A stretch of DNA of 49,560 nucleotides, taken from positions 1 to 49,560 of the forward strand of contig DF237577.1 of the NCBI GenBank assembly GCA_000708835.1. Reading direction: 5' to 3'. The notes below the pieces were generated by a model, which was not told where the DNA came from, did not search any database, and saw only the letters and a program-made list of their open reading frames with translations. This stretch comes from Klebsormidium nitens (lineage: Eukaryota; Plantae; Klebsormidiophyceae). This document shows positions 10,998-21,327 of this stretch, one piece after another (the first letter of the stretch is position 1; every line of letters starts with the position of its first letter). The translations under genes were made by a program, and so were the position numbers.

Positions 10998-11113
10998 CCC
11001 CGCGCAGATACACGGATAACAACCGATTTACCAAAACTATTTCAAACTTGAGATGTCGTGTTAGCTTCATAAGGAGACGGCCTGGAATCCCCGTGTGTTC
11101 TGTGTTTCGTGTG
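10998..11113 (-). repeat. Dispersed repeat family B copy
   Basis: Reverse complement contains GACATCTCAAGTTTGAAATAG (identical to the 4531 copy) and ends TGTATCTGCGC; most similar to 17796-17912. Confidence 0.8.
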
Positions 11114-11311
11114 GTGCTATCGTCTACAACATTCACATTCTTACCGCCTGGCTTCACATCTGAATCTTCATCCCATGTGCTGACTGATATTGCTTTTTTC
11201 TACTCATTGCAAGAACGAAAGCACAGGGCCTTTTCCTCTGAAGCCACGTTTGTGACCTCGTGTGCCCAGACTGTGGCTGGTCGGAATTCTTCACAAATGG
11301 GACGCGAAGAA

Positions 11312-11881
11312 TCAGCTTCTCTCAAGTTGGATGGCAAAACTCATGTATCCGTCCTCTGCAATGTGCGACACCTCCAGACCGTTCTCCGCACAGAACTCGT
11401 CCACTGCTCGTTGCACGCCAAATGTATATTCGAAAGAACACTTCTTTGGATTCGACCCGTAATCGTGTCCACATATGTATCCCCCCACTTTAACCCTCGT
11501 CAGTGCTGCTGCAAGATCCCGCTTGGCACCTTCGTATGTATGGTTCCCGTCGATATAGATTAGATCGAAATACCCCATGTAGAATTGCAAGATCTCTTGC
11601 GGGGACCATGTCCTGTGAATGAAAACCCGGTCGTCATCTTCGAAGCGCCCCCGTACGTAATCAAATGCAGCGTCCCCGGGACATGTGCGGATAGAATTCC
11701 CATCACGATCACCGCTCATTAGCTGTCCCTCGAATGGATCTATGAGGTGCAATTCCGAGGGCTCCAGTGACAGCATGAACGCAGAAAAATCACCCAGAAA
11801 CACTCCCATTTCTGCCAACTTCCAGCCTGGCTCTATGATCACTCGAAGCATGTCCTCTCTGCACTCGTGATGGATAGCCAT
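11312..11881 (-). CDS. Class I SAM-dependent methyltransferase (Methyltransf_24-like)
   Basis: AEMGVFLGDFS, LHLIDPF, FDLIYIDGNHTYEGAKRDL, VKVGGYICGHDY, GVQRAVDEF. Intact 189 aa. Confidence 0.9.
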   Translation of the reverse strand: MAIHHECREDMLRVIIEPGWKLAEMGVFLGDFSAFMLSLEPSELHLIDPFEGQLMSGDRDGNSIRTCPGDAAFDYVRGRFEDDDRVFIHRTWSPQEILQFYMGYFDLIYIDGNHTYEGAKRDLAAALTRVKVGGYICGHDYGSNPKKCSFEYTFGVQRAVDEFCAENGLEVSHIAEDGYMSFAIQLERS

Positions 11882-11984
11882 GCAGTTGCCTACTAATCAG
11901 TAAGCTAAATGTAGAACGTCACTGGGCCGCACGAAGAAGCCACCAACCATTATCTTACACCGGCAGCGTCCGACTCCTTATGGC

Positions 11985-12212
11985 CTAAGTGAACCCTAAG
12001 ATGCGGTTCACTTGCACTTGCTTGAACACTGTGATGATGGTGGGCCCTCCCGAAACGGCGCAAGCTCCCCAAAGGAATACGAAAGCGTCCCAATAGTCTA
12101 TGCGACCAAAGTGGAACATCTTGGGTTCTACATAATTGTATGACAGCAGGAAGATAGCTGGCGCTGCGAATACGTCAGCCAGGCCCGAAAAGAGCAGGCT
12201 GACAGCATCCAT
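11985..12212 (-). CDS. Small hydrophobic hypothetical protein
   Basis: ATG-started 75-aa ORF with two hydrophobic segments; fits the dense gene packing. Confidence 0.5.
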   Translation of the reverse strand: MDAVSLLFSGLADVFAAPAIFLLSYNYVEPKMFHFGRIDYWDAFVFLWGACAVSGGPTIITVFKQVQVNRILGFT

Positions 12213-12297
12213 TTGATCCTAAGATTTCTGCAATGCTCGTTCCCCTAAGTGTTGCGTTAGTGGAAGGAAGGAGAACTACTTTTCTCAGCATTCTTAA

Positions 12298-12636
12298 ATG
12301 GCGACGGCAGCCTACTCACAAAAGGTCTTTGCACTGCACAATAGCACCATCTCCCCTCCAACCATCCCCAGGCAGCAGCGCCATGTTGGCCGCTTTTGTG
12401 TCAAGGTGACAACGGACGTCGTCGACGGGAACGGAATGAGACGCATGACGTTCAAGGGATATGGCCCCGACGAAGACGTGATCGTCAGAAAGACGATTGC
12501 AGCTCGCAACAAGCACAAACGAGAGGAAGATTGGGTGACGGAGCCGTTGGTCACAACGGTGGGCATCTGCGACTTGTGCGACAACAGAATTGAAGTCTAC
12601 AACATGCGATCCCAGTCTTGCTACCACTTGCTATAA
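12298..12636 (+). CDS. Hypothetical protein
   Basis: ATG-started 112-aa ORF converging on the next gene with a 7-bp gap. Confidence 0.5.
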   Translation: MATAAYSQKVFALHNSTISPPTIPRQQRHVGRFCVKVTTDVVDGNGMRRMTFKGYGPDEDVIVRKTIAARNKHKREEDWVTEPLVTTVGICDLCDNRIEVYNMRSQSCYHLL

Positions 12637-12643
12637 CAGCTGA

Positions 12644-12961
12644 CTACTCATACTCTTCTCCGACTACGTCGCTGGCCGCACCGTAACGACCCAAGAAGTC
12701 GTTCTTCATGCTTCGCCAATTTCGCCAACCGACATAGCCCCCTCTGACGCGCCGCTTCTTCAGGATCTTCTGCAACACCAGATTCTCCATCGCGACCTTT
12801 TCTCTCTGATTCGAAGGCACCTCCTCGGCCCGCAGCCCCATCGCCGTCGGGTCCGCAGAGATCTCACTGACCTCTGCAGTAATCATTCGCTCGACCGCAA
12901 TGCACGTCATGATCCTCTCTTTGCGTGCTTCTTGCATAGCCTCCCAGAGAGCCTGTGCCAT
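12644..12961 (-). CDS. Hypothetical protein
   Basis: ATG-started 105-aa helical, charged ORF. Confidence 0.5.
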   Translation of the reverse strand: MAQALWEAMQEARKERIMTCIAVERMITAEVSEISADPTAMGLRAEEVPSNQREKVAMENLVLQKILKKRRVRGGYVGWRNWRSMKNDFLGRYGAASDVVGEEYE

Positions 12962-13072
12962 CTCCAGTTCGAGCAGCTGCTGTGGAGGGCTGAGGTCCTA
13001 TGTAGTCGGGAACTCCGAGTCCATTCCGTACCTACATGCCCGAAAAAATGATCATCCATCACAGCGCACGCC

Positions 13073-14247
13073 ATGCAACACTATAGCAAGAGCGACGAAA
13101 TTTTGGGGTCGAGCGAATTTAAGACAGTCTACTCTGGCTTCGATCACAAGCAGGGGGTGGCGATCGCTTGGTCGGTGATAGACCTGAAGTCAGGTGAGTG
13201 CACGGACCAGCTGGTGCGGACGCTCCAGCTCATTCAACGTGTGGAGCACGACCATATAGTGTGCATCCACGACTGGTTTTTGGACACCGACGCAGGAAAG
13301 ATGCACGTGGTCACTGACCCGGCAATCTCCAAGACCTCCTGAAAGCTGCCGGCTAGATGGACGAGATCGTCTTGAGAAGGTGGGGATTCGACCTGCTGAC
13401 GGCCATCTCCTACGTTCACAGCCTCAACGGCCCCCTCCTGATCCGGAACCTGCGCATGGGGAACGTGCTCATCCATCAGGACGTGGGAATCATCAAGCTC
13501 GACCTGCTCAGCGTCTCGTTCATATTCACCTCCCACGGGCACGCGAGAGAGAAGGTGGAGCAGATTCGGATCATGGCCCCCGAATGCGTCCTCGGCCCGA
13601 CGGACGAGAGGGTGGACGTCTACGGTTTCGGAATGGTCATGCTGGAGGCAGCCACCAGGGTGCAGCCCTACAAGGAGTGCAGCACGTTCGCGAGCCTCTT
13701 CGACAAGGTCACCCACTTCCAGCCGCCCACTGCTCTCGCCCAGGTGCAGAACAGCGGCCTCCGCGACATCATAAGAAAGACATTCCTGAGAGCAGCCGAC
13801 CGGCCCTCTGCCCAAGAATTACTCCAGCTCCCCTATTTCCGATTCGAGCCCAGCCTGTGGGGCATGCACGTCGTGGTGATCGACGACGACCCAGTGAATC
13901 TCAAGGTGTGCTCCAGACTGCTGGAGAAGGAGGGTGTCACGGTCGTCCCTTGCAGCACCTTTGGTGAAGTGGTCACCTTGCTATCCACGAGGGCCTTTTC
14001 GGCCGTCATCACGGACATCATCATGCCCCAGATGAACGGCCTCGAGCTGACCAAGAAGCTGCGGCAGCTGAGGTACAACTCCCTCATGATCATCGGAGTG
14101 AGCGCAGTAAAGAGAGACGACATGGACGAACGCATGGGGGAGAGCGGCATGGATGCGTTTCTCCAGAAGCCGTTCAACTTTGAGAACCTCAGGGTCGCTT
14201 TCACGCGGGCCCGCCTGAAGAGGACCTCGAGCGCAAAGGACCTTTGA
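13073..14247 (+). pseudogene. WNK-like pseudokinase fused to a C-terminal response-regulator receiver (REC) domain
   Basis: ILGSSEFKTVY..FD...G.AIAW (WNK signature), MAPE, DVYGFGMVMLE, PYKEC, RPSAQELLQLPYF. Then VVVIDDD, ITDIIMP.MNGLEL, GVSA, FLQKPF (REC). One frameshift at ~13330 and a TAG at 13354-13356. No introns. Confidence 0.85.
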
Positions 14248-14262
14248 GCCCCGGGAAACTTA

Positions 14263-14668
14263 CCGGTATGGCCTTACTACATACATATTCCCAACTGAGG
14301 CCCAAGGGGGAAACTCCCTACTGCTTATTTGTTATATTTTTCTTCTGAAAAGTCGAATATAATATCTCGTGACTTTTTGCCCGGTGTGGCCTTACTACAT
14401 ACATATTCGTACTCGAGGCCCAAGGGGGAAACTCCCTACTGCTTATTTGTTATATTTTTCTTCTGAAAAGTCGAATATAATATTTGGTCTCTTTTCCGGT
14501 ATGGTCTTAGTTACATACATATTCCCATAAAGGTCCCAAAGGAGAACCCTCGCACTGCTTATTTGTTATAAAAATTTTCCTCTGTCCAGAAGAAAAACTT
14601 TATAACAAATTACAGTACGAGAGTTCCGAAGCCCCCTGGCCGTTGCTGATATGTATGTATGTAAGCCC
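14263..14668. repeat. Repeat family A array, right: three reverse-oriented units, TGTCCA core, one partial forward unit
   Basis: Units start at 14263, 14381 and 14496 and are reverse-complement homologues of the 4878/4995 units. Core at 14583-14588; forward arm to ~14668. Confidence 0.9.
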
Positions 14669-14707
14669 ACCCCAATCGAAATCTGAAAGGAAGGGGACGG
14701 GACTCAC

Positions 14708-14927
14708 CTCTCTGCCCCGGTGCTGCCGCCCTCTCCCGCGTCTCCCGCAAGTCCCTAAGTGCCCGTTGCGCCGCCCACCACCTCTGGAAGGTGCTGGCGA
14801 TAGGAGCGTTCGGGTCCAGCGCTCGGAAGGGCTCCCGCTCCGGCTCGTTCCGGAAGTAGAGGTGGCGGTGCTGCTGGTGGAGGCCGTCTGGAGGTGTGTT
14901 CCCGAGCACGAGGATCGTCGCAGCCAT
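14708..14927 (-). CDS. Orphan host-type exon; its following intron runs into repeat array A
   Basis: GC-rich frame MAATILVLGN...APGQR ends at a GTGAGT donor (14707-14702); no continuation found. Confidence 0.45.
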
Positions 14928-15211
14928 CTCTTGGAATGAGGATTCTGGAGAAAGAAGAAAGCCTTAAGTAAGGGTTGCTGATGGCGAGCTGTGGCGTGAT
15001 CTGTGGCGCACCCTGGCAAGTTCGTGGCAGGTTGTGGCCTGCCGCGACACTCCACGGCACTTCGCTCCACCAAACATCAATTGTCACCTCAAACTCTAAT
15101 ACACCTTCCCGGGCAATTTGTCGAATGTATATTGAATTCTCGGCCCGTCAGCACAGACTTTCACAATGTATGAGACAAAGCCTCACCTACATCCTTCAGC
15201 AGTGAAGCTTC

Positions 15212-16226
15212 TCATGACCCTTGAACATCCGGTAGCATGGGTCGCACATGAGCACCTCCTTCCCGTACCAACGGTCCTGGAATACCCCGCCTCTTCAGCA
15301 GCCTGCTCTTTCCCGGAACATGTTCCGGGTGCGTGCAGGACTCATCTCTCTTTGAGCGTTTGTGCAAAGAAAATGAGGCCTTCTGCTTCCTCTTCCCCCT
15401 CCCTTTTCTAGGTGCATGCAGGAGCTGATATGGCCTGCTCGCCTCTGTTGCTGAGCTGCTCTTACCCGCGGCCACTGCCTCTGAGACCACGACTGCCTCC
15501 CGTTGTGAAAGCTGCCGCAGGCTGACACCCAGAACCTCTGCTATGCCCCTACGCTGCCGACCAATCTCCACCCTCGCATCGCTCGAGGACAAGCCTTGAG
15601 CTTGCACATCAGCTCTAAGCGACGCACCCAACCCCACCAAACTTTGCTCTGAAACAAAGAGGGAACCTCCGAATCCAAAGGAGTGTTTGGTGGTGCTTAC
15701 AGCATGTCCACACCCAGCAGGTATGAAAACCAGGTCCCCCCCGTTTGCTACAAAAGTGATGTCAGGTTCCGGCATACCTTTGCCACTTTTGAGCCCTGCC
15801 AAGAAAGCCCTCTTTGACGGTCCGTGAGGATTCCAGAAGCTCCACACCTTCTGACCTCTGACGAGTGCCATCCAACCCAGAGTACCAGCAAAGTCGACAT
15901 GGGCCCGAGTGTAGAAACCCTCATCAGATGCTACAATACTGAGAGAGGAGTGCGTGGGATCCTCGAGGAGATCAGGCAGCACATCCTTACCAACAGAGAA
16001 AGGCTGGATGAGGTCTAATATGGGAGAGGTCTTTGGCAGGTAATGCTCAAATACAGCCCTCGGTCTTCCGCTCTCCTTAGGATGCTCCAGGAATGTTTCC
16101 AGGGGGCAGGGCCGCTTGATGATGGCCTGCTCTGCAGTTTCAAGGTTCTGGAAGAATGCTTTTTCAACGAGGTCTTTGCCATGGTATTGGACTACAGCAG
16201 CCTCCGAAGTGGGACTACATATCTGC
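15212..16226 (-). pseudogene. JmjC/cupin-domain protein, 5' end broken
   Basis: YTRAHVDFAG...GQKVWSF...GDLVFIPAGCGHAVST...GFGG (HxD...H triad intact). The frame stays open upstream to a TAG at ~16227 with no ATG. Confidence 0.75.
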
Positions 16227-16760
16227 TAGGCACCTCCTCGGACAATCTGGGGAAGGTGGAGCGCCTCCCCGGCGAACCCAAAATCCATACAACCGACCCG
16301 AAAGAAAACGTCCTGGTGTCAGTGAGGAACAAGAGGGCTCAAAGCCTAGGACCAAATGGAACGCAATTTCAAATCTGAGCATTTCCCCCAAATGCTAATA
16401 TCAAAGTGATGGACAAATGCTGTTCCCGCAGCTTAAGAAGCAGTAGCGCGTCTTGAACTAACTCCGCCGCCATGAAAAGAACACCAATCGGGTTCTACTG
16501 TTGCTGTGGAGCAGAAAGTGCGTCCTTTTCGGCACCTGAGGAAGCCAACCTCACACATGTATGTTACCTTGCAGTTCGGACCAGATCACGATCACGAATA
16601 TTATCGACGGTCACAATTTGCTTAAAGGAGCTCGCGTTCACGTGAATAACATTCAAGGCGGGTACCGGTCTGGGACAAATAAGAGAGAAAGCATTGAATT
16701 CGGGACACGAAGCAAGCGAGCCGAACAAAAGGGCGCCTTCTCCAGCTCGGGGATGGGATT

Positions 16761-17672
16761 TTGGAAGGCGCGCAACAGTACATGCAGCTACGGAATACTG
16801 CCTTAGTGCATGGGGTGGGTTGGCGGGAGAAGCGTCTTGTGGCTGACGTCATAGAGATTGCCCACCTGCTGCGGCACCTCAGGCTTTCCAGCAAGCTCGC
16901 CCGTTGCTATCTCTGCGTTCTTCACCCAGCTGGCAGCTACATCATGCTGCAGGTGGAAGAGTCCGCATCACAGTATACCGACGCAAAAGAAAAGGAAGGA
17001 AACGATGATACTTCAGGAGGTTTTCTTAAAAGCCCTCCAGGGCGCCAACTCAGAATTGTCGCATGTGACGCTGTTGAAATTTGAACAAGGGAACAAATTA
17101 GAAACCTTGCTTTACTTTATGGACTCTTGCGAGCAGCTCATGCAGGATGGAACGTGTGACTATCAGGAGCTTCCAAGAATCATTGCCAAAAGGGCAAAGT
17201 GTGCTGGGCAGTCCGCAAGCAGGCGGGATTTCCATGTAGCATCAATGTCCCTTGTGATTGTGAGCCCCTTGTAGACGAGCTACTAGTGATCTCGGATGGA
17301 AAGAAGCCTGGGGCTGAAGTTGTAGAGCGTTTTTGGGAGCAGAGGAGCCTTCCCACGACAAAGGAAGCGGTTGAAGGTTTGGTGGATAGGTGCATCGTGA
17401 CCTTATCCAGAAGAGTTACAGAGGACGCTCGAGGATCTGCTTCGCCGATCTGCCAAAATCCTCCATGCGATAAGTCGAAGAGGCACAGCTGCGGCAAGTG
17501 TCTGCGTGCTTCTTACTGTAGCAGGGAGTGCCAGAAGGCGGATTGGAGTCGCCACAGGACTTGCTGTGCAGCTGGGGCCACAGCAATCTTCTCGACGAGA
17601 GACCTCCAGAGGGACTTGGTTGAGTTTCAGGAAGCTTACAAGAAGGAGCCCGTTTTTGCTAAGCATAGATAA
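16761..17672 (+). pseudogene. MYND zinc-finger protein, frameshifted
   Basis: CQNPPC...CGKCLRASYCSRECQKADWSRHRTCC; upstream coding sequence is spread over three overlapping frames. Confidence 0.7.
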
Positions 17673-17795
17673 GTCAAGACCCTGCGTTTTTAATCGCACA
17701 AAAGTCCGAGCAGATAAGGAAAGTGACTCCGAACGTGAACTGCAATCCACGGTAGCATAAGTAGTGTATAGTAAACTTAATAGCAGATTGCGCCA

Positions 17796-17912
17796 CACGA
17801 AACACAGAGCACACATGGTTTTTCAGGCCGCTCCCATATGAGCTAACACGACATTCCAAGTTTGAAATACTTTTGGAAACATATGTGTTATCGTTGTATC
17901 TGCGCAGGACTT
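17796..17912 (+). repeat. Dispersed repeat family B copy
   Basis: ACACGAAACACAGAGCACAC...AGGCCG...GCTAACACGACATTCCAAGTTTGAAATAC...TGTATCTGCGCAGG; homologous to 10998-11113 (reverse complement). Confidence 0.8.
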
Positions 17913-17989
17913 GACTTCGTTGTAGCTGTCAACTCCAATGTTCTCTCAAGACAATGTTCTCTCAAGGACAGTGTATCATGTCATCCCAT

Positions 17990-18241
17990 ACGGGATATTT
18001 CCAATTGCATACCACGTGCAGGGGAGGGAGTTTTGTCAGCTGAAAGATGAGTTTGGAGGTCGGACTATCAGCACCTTTGATTGGTGCTTGGGTGTGGCTG
18101 GAGTACGCACGGAAGCCTCCAACACCAATGCGTGTGAATGGGGAAGCTGACAGTTGCGGAGGTCTAAGCCAGGATATTAGCAGGGACAGCGTTTATCATT
18201 TCCTTATAAGACGCAGTACTCTCTGCAACAGTAACGCATGA
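17990..18241 (+). pseudogene. MSV199-like domain remnant
   Basis: AWVWLEYARK resembles the MSV199 motif (W.W.GY.RK); heavily degraded. Confidence 0.35.
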
Positions 18242-18475
18242 GGTATCTGTGATATCATCAGGTGTCATCGGGATCCAGCCTTTGTCGTTGAAGTAATCTT
18301 TGTATGCTCGAAGACCCTCAACGAAAGACTTTGGGTGACGTATGAAATCCATGTGATCTTGAAAAACCGCCGTGACTCTTATGTTCCCCCCTGCTTCGAC
18401 ATGATCAAAAGCCCCAGCCCAACTCCCTTGGTTTGTGCCAGGTTTTCCACAACCAAAGGCAATTGAAGCAGCCAT
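18164..18475 (-). CDS. Virus-type hypothetical protein
   Basis: ATG 18475, MAASIAFGCGKPG...IRHPKSFVEGLRAYKDYFNDKGWIPMTPDDI; intronless. Confidence 0.5.
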   Translation of the reverse strand: MAASIAFGCGKPGTNQGSWAGAFDHVEAGGNIRVTAVFQDHMDFIRHPKSFVEGLRAYKDYFNDKGWIPMTPDDITDTSCVTVAESTASYKEMINAVPANILA

Positions 18476-18597
18476 CCTACTACTATTGCAATTGAAAACA
18501 AAGATTTGTTGTACGCATGTCGCGTTTATTGTCAATGCCTTTCAACAATGCTGCCAATAGCCTCGAACCGACTTGTTGACAAACTTGGTGGTTGCTT

Positions 18598-19015
18598 GCA
18601 TGAGTCTTGCGCAGATACACAGATGACAGCCACTTTGCCGAAAGTATTTCAAACTCCAGGTGTCTAGTTATCTCATATAGCAACAGCTTGACTTCTCATC
18701 TGCTCTGTGTATCGTTCAGAGCTGTCACTCATAACATACCCTGGGCAAACTCGATGAAGAACGAAAAAATCCCTGCTTTGCATGACATGTAAGTCTTGCA
18801 CATATACACAGATGGCAGTTGGATTCCCAAAGGTACTTCATAGACTTGATATTATCGAGAGTTGGTCCCTTGAAGACAATTGAAGAATCCCCCATTAGCC
18901 TAGTTTATCGCTCGGGTCGTAAACTCAAAAAATGCCTCGAACTTGAAATTAGATCCGTGTGCAGATACGCAGATGACAGTTGGATTTTAAAGCAACGGCC
19001 TGGAGTTTCCATCTT
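18598..19015 (-). repeat. Cluster of three family B copies (18598-18737 near full; 18791-18860 and 18957-19015 partial or internally deleted)
   Basis: Recurrent (GAGTCTT)G(C/T)GCA(G/T)ATAC(A/G)CAGATG(A/G)CAG on the plus strand, plus AGGCCGTTGCT segments. Confidence 0.8.
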
Positions 19016-19161
19016 AGAAATCGACCCTGCCAACAGAGCCGCCAACACGAGCCGTTACTCAAACGGCTGTCGCCAAGAGGTGCCACATCGCCATGAGGTG
19101 CCACAGCCGCAAACGTACTTAGGGCAACGTTGTGGGGCCAGAGGAGCACTTTCAATCGGAG

Positions 19162-20040
19162 ATGAAGACAGCTCTCATTAGCCGCGTGTGTGCACACCCC
19201 AGCGTCCAGGCGAGCCAGTTGGAGGGCTGGCAGGACCTCGGGAAGGTGTTTGTTAAGGCGTTTAATGACAGGGGTCAGAAGGTCCCAATTGATTTTGATG
19301 ACGCTTGGGGCTGCAGTATGGCCGAAAGGACAGTGCTCTACGTACGCTGAAGGCTAAGTCGTGCTTGACACGGATTACACACTCATATCTGGCCAGGCCC
19401 ACAGAGATGAGGAGACGGGTACACTGAGAGGATGGAGCCCTGACAAGTACTACATGACATCGGATGCCTTCGAGAACTTTGCGATGGCGGCACGTACGAA
19501 GGTGGGCAACACCGTCAGAGCTTTCTTCGGGGCGATCCGCGACCCGTATGTGGATCTCACCAGAAACCCTCCGTCTGCATTCAACCGCGAGGAAGCCCTT
19601 CTGATGGCGTTTCACAGGAAGAATGTCCTCTACATCGGTGAGATTCAAGGCAACGGAGAGCGAACTCAGCGTATTTGCAAGGTGGGCCACAACGCGGACA
19701 TTGCGAAGCGTTGTGAAACGCACAAGGAGTATTTAAGGAGCTCGCTCTACTTCCAGCTCATGCAAGTAGGTGGATGAGAGGTCGCGGTCGGAAGGCGTGT
19801 TCAAGGATCTGCCAGAGATACGGCCGAGCCTCTGCCGCGTCAACGTCTCAGGATCGGCAAGAAAGAAACATCTACATTTCCAAATAGCTTTACGAGCAGG
19901 AAGCTGAAGCTCTGGATGCGGAAGGCTGCTCGTCTCGCCATCCCCAGCGATGGGCAGATGGCTGATGCACCTAGCATAGCCCTCATGCTGGAACGAGAGC
20001 AGACTGCACAGGCCAGGCGTTTCGTCTGGAGATGATTGAT
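19162..20040 (+). pseudogene. MSV199-domain + T5orf172/GIY-YIG-like protein
   Basis: VPIDFDDAWG...DTDY...DKYYMTSDAFENFAMAARTKVGNTVRAFF (MSV199); VLYIGE...CKVGHNADIAKRCETHK (T5orf172-like). Several frameshifts; 3' end approximate. Confidence 0.75.
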
Positions 20041-20228
20041 GGCACGGCGACGACGTTCCGTGCGACTGAACCTGGTCACTTTGCAATGATACGAACGGAT
20101 TCTCAACAACGCGTGCTTCTCGAAGAAGGGAATACTTTGATTGAGGTACCAGCGTTGGCTTCTTCTACAACGCTAATGCTATCACGAGCATGACTGTGGT
20201 CCAAAGCGATCTGCCCAGGCGCATCAAC

Positions 20229-20476
20229 ATGGCAAGAGTGCGCAACGGGCGTCTTAATACCATACCCAACAACACAGAGTTCATCAATGCAGATTTATTG
20301 CCATTGAATCGGCGACCGGCATACACACCGAAGTATATATACATAGAAAGCGAGTGAGGAATGGGAAAGCAGTGCGGGCATTTCTGAAGGATGGCATACA
20401 GGCATTGAGTGCGCAGGCAACAAACCCTTTCACTCGAAGGGCTCTGAACCGATCAAACTTCAGAAAGGTAGAATAA
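20229..20476 (+). pseudogene. Small phycodnavirus-type protein ending NPFTRRALNRSNFRKVE
   Basis: ATG 20229, one frameshift at ~20350, stop 20474-20476; C-terminal NPFTR motif. Confidence 0.45.
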
Positions 20477-20498
20477 GACTCCTATTCCCAAAAGTATT

Positions 20499-21297
20499 TT
20501 AAAGCTGGGATGACGAGTTATCTCCTATAGCAACGGCTTTGCCTTCCCATTTGACGTTATCGTTCTGTATGTTGTGTAATCCGCTGTACAAACTCCAAGC
20601 GGCAACCGGTGGATTTGGTGCCTTGGTCGCATCACGGTAAACCCGGTGCCATGACAAGTCGTTATTTTCTGCGGCCTCAGCAATTGTGTCATATGTCTTA
20701 TAGCAACGGCTTTGAAATCCGATCTGCTCTGTGTATCTTTCGGGGCCGTCAACTATAATATCTGACAACATCTTTACATGCAATGGGTTTACTACTCTGC
20801 AAGAGGCTTCAGCGAGATGCCCCCCAAAGCCCCTGCATCGCTTGAATTCAAGCTCCAATTCCCACACCTTGAAGCCGACTGTATGCATAATCTGTCCAAC
20901 CAGCCTTTGGCCGAGCATTACTCCCTGGCTCTTGCCACAGGTGGCCAAAAGGCGCGTTCGAAAGTCCTTAAATGTCATCTGCTCTGATGGACCGACAGTG
21001 CAATGCTCGTTAATGAACCGCCTGACCTGCTTCTCCGCATGTGCCACCGAATAGCCGGTACATGGGGGGGCCTTAGACGTCCATCGGAGAAGCATCTTCA
21101 GTGTGCTGCTCGACGTTCTTTGCGATGCCGGTCGGCTCGTCCGTACGTGACTGCTCGTTGACCTCCTCGGAATCGAGCGTAGGTCCAAGTCTGCCAATTT
21201 CCACACAGTTATCCTCCGCGTGCCACTCGGCTTCAATGACCATCAAGTCGTCGATGGCGACCAACTCGAACGTAAGATAGATATCGCTTTTTTGCAC
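20499..21297 (-). pseudogene. Degraded virus-type DNA-binding protein fragment; overlaps two family B repeat pieces (20487-20550, 20694-20766)
   Basis: VRRFINEHCTVGPSEQMTFKDF resembles C-terminal helical domains of NCLDV KilA/T5orf172-type proteins; the 3' part of the ORF is repeat-derived. Confidence 0.35.
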
Positions 21298-21327
21298 GGA
21301 GTTGGGTGAATACGACCAGGTTGCCTG

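Noticed and set aside
13234-14204. ORFs 13234..13815 (-), 13380..13967 (+) and 13833..14204 (-)
   Set aside because: Alternate-frame or antisense shadows of the GC-rich kinase-REC gene.
4841-14668. Repeat A arrays as a CRISPR array or as classical transposon TIRs
   Set aside because: Units are ~115 bp, homologous along their whole length with no unique spacers and no cas genes. The TGTCC core has the same orientation at both sites, and no transposase or TSD was seen.
20499-20770. Apparent protein motif DIIVDGPERYTEQ / DVIIDGSERYTEK shared with 4530
   Set aside because: It is the translation of DNA repeat family B; other copies have stops and indels in this frame.
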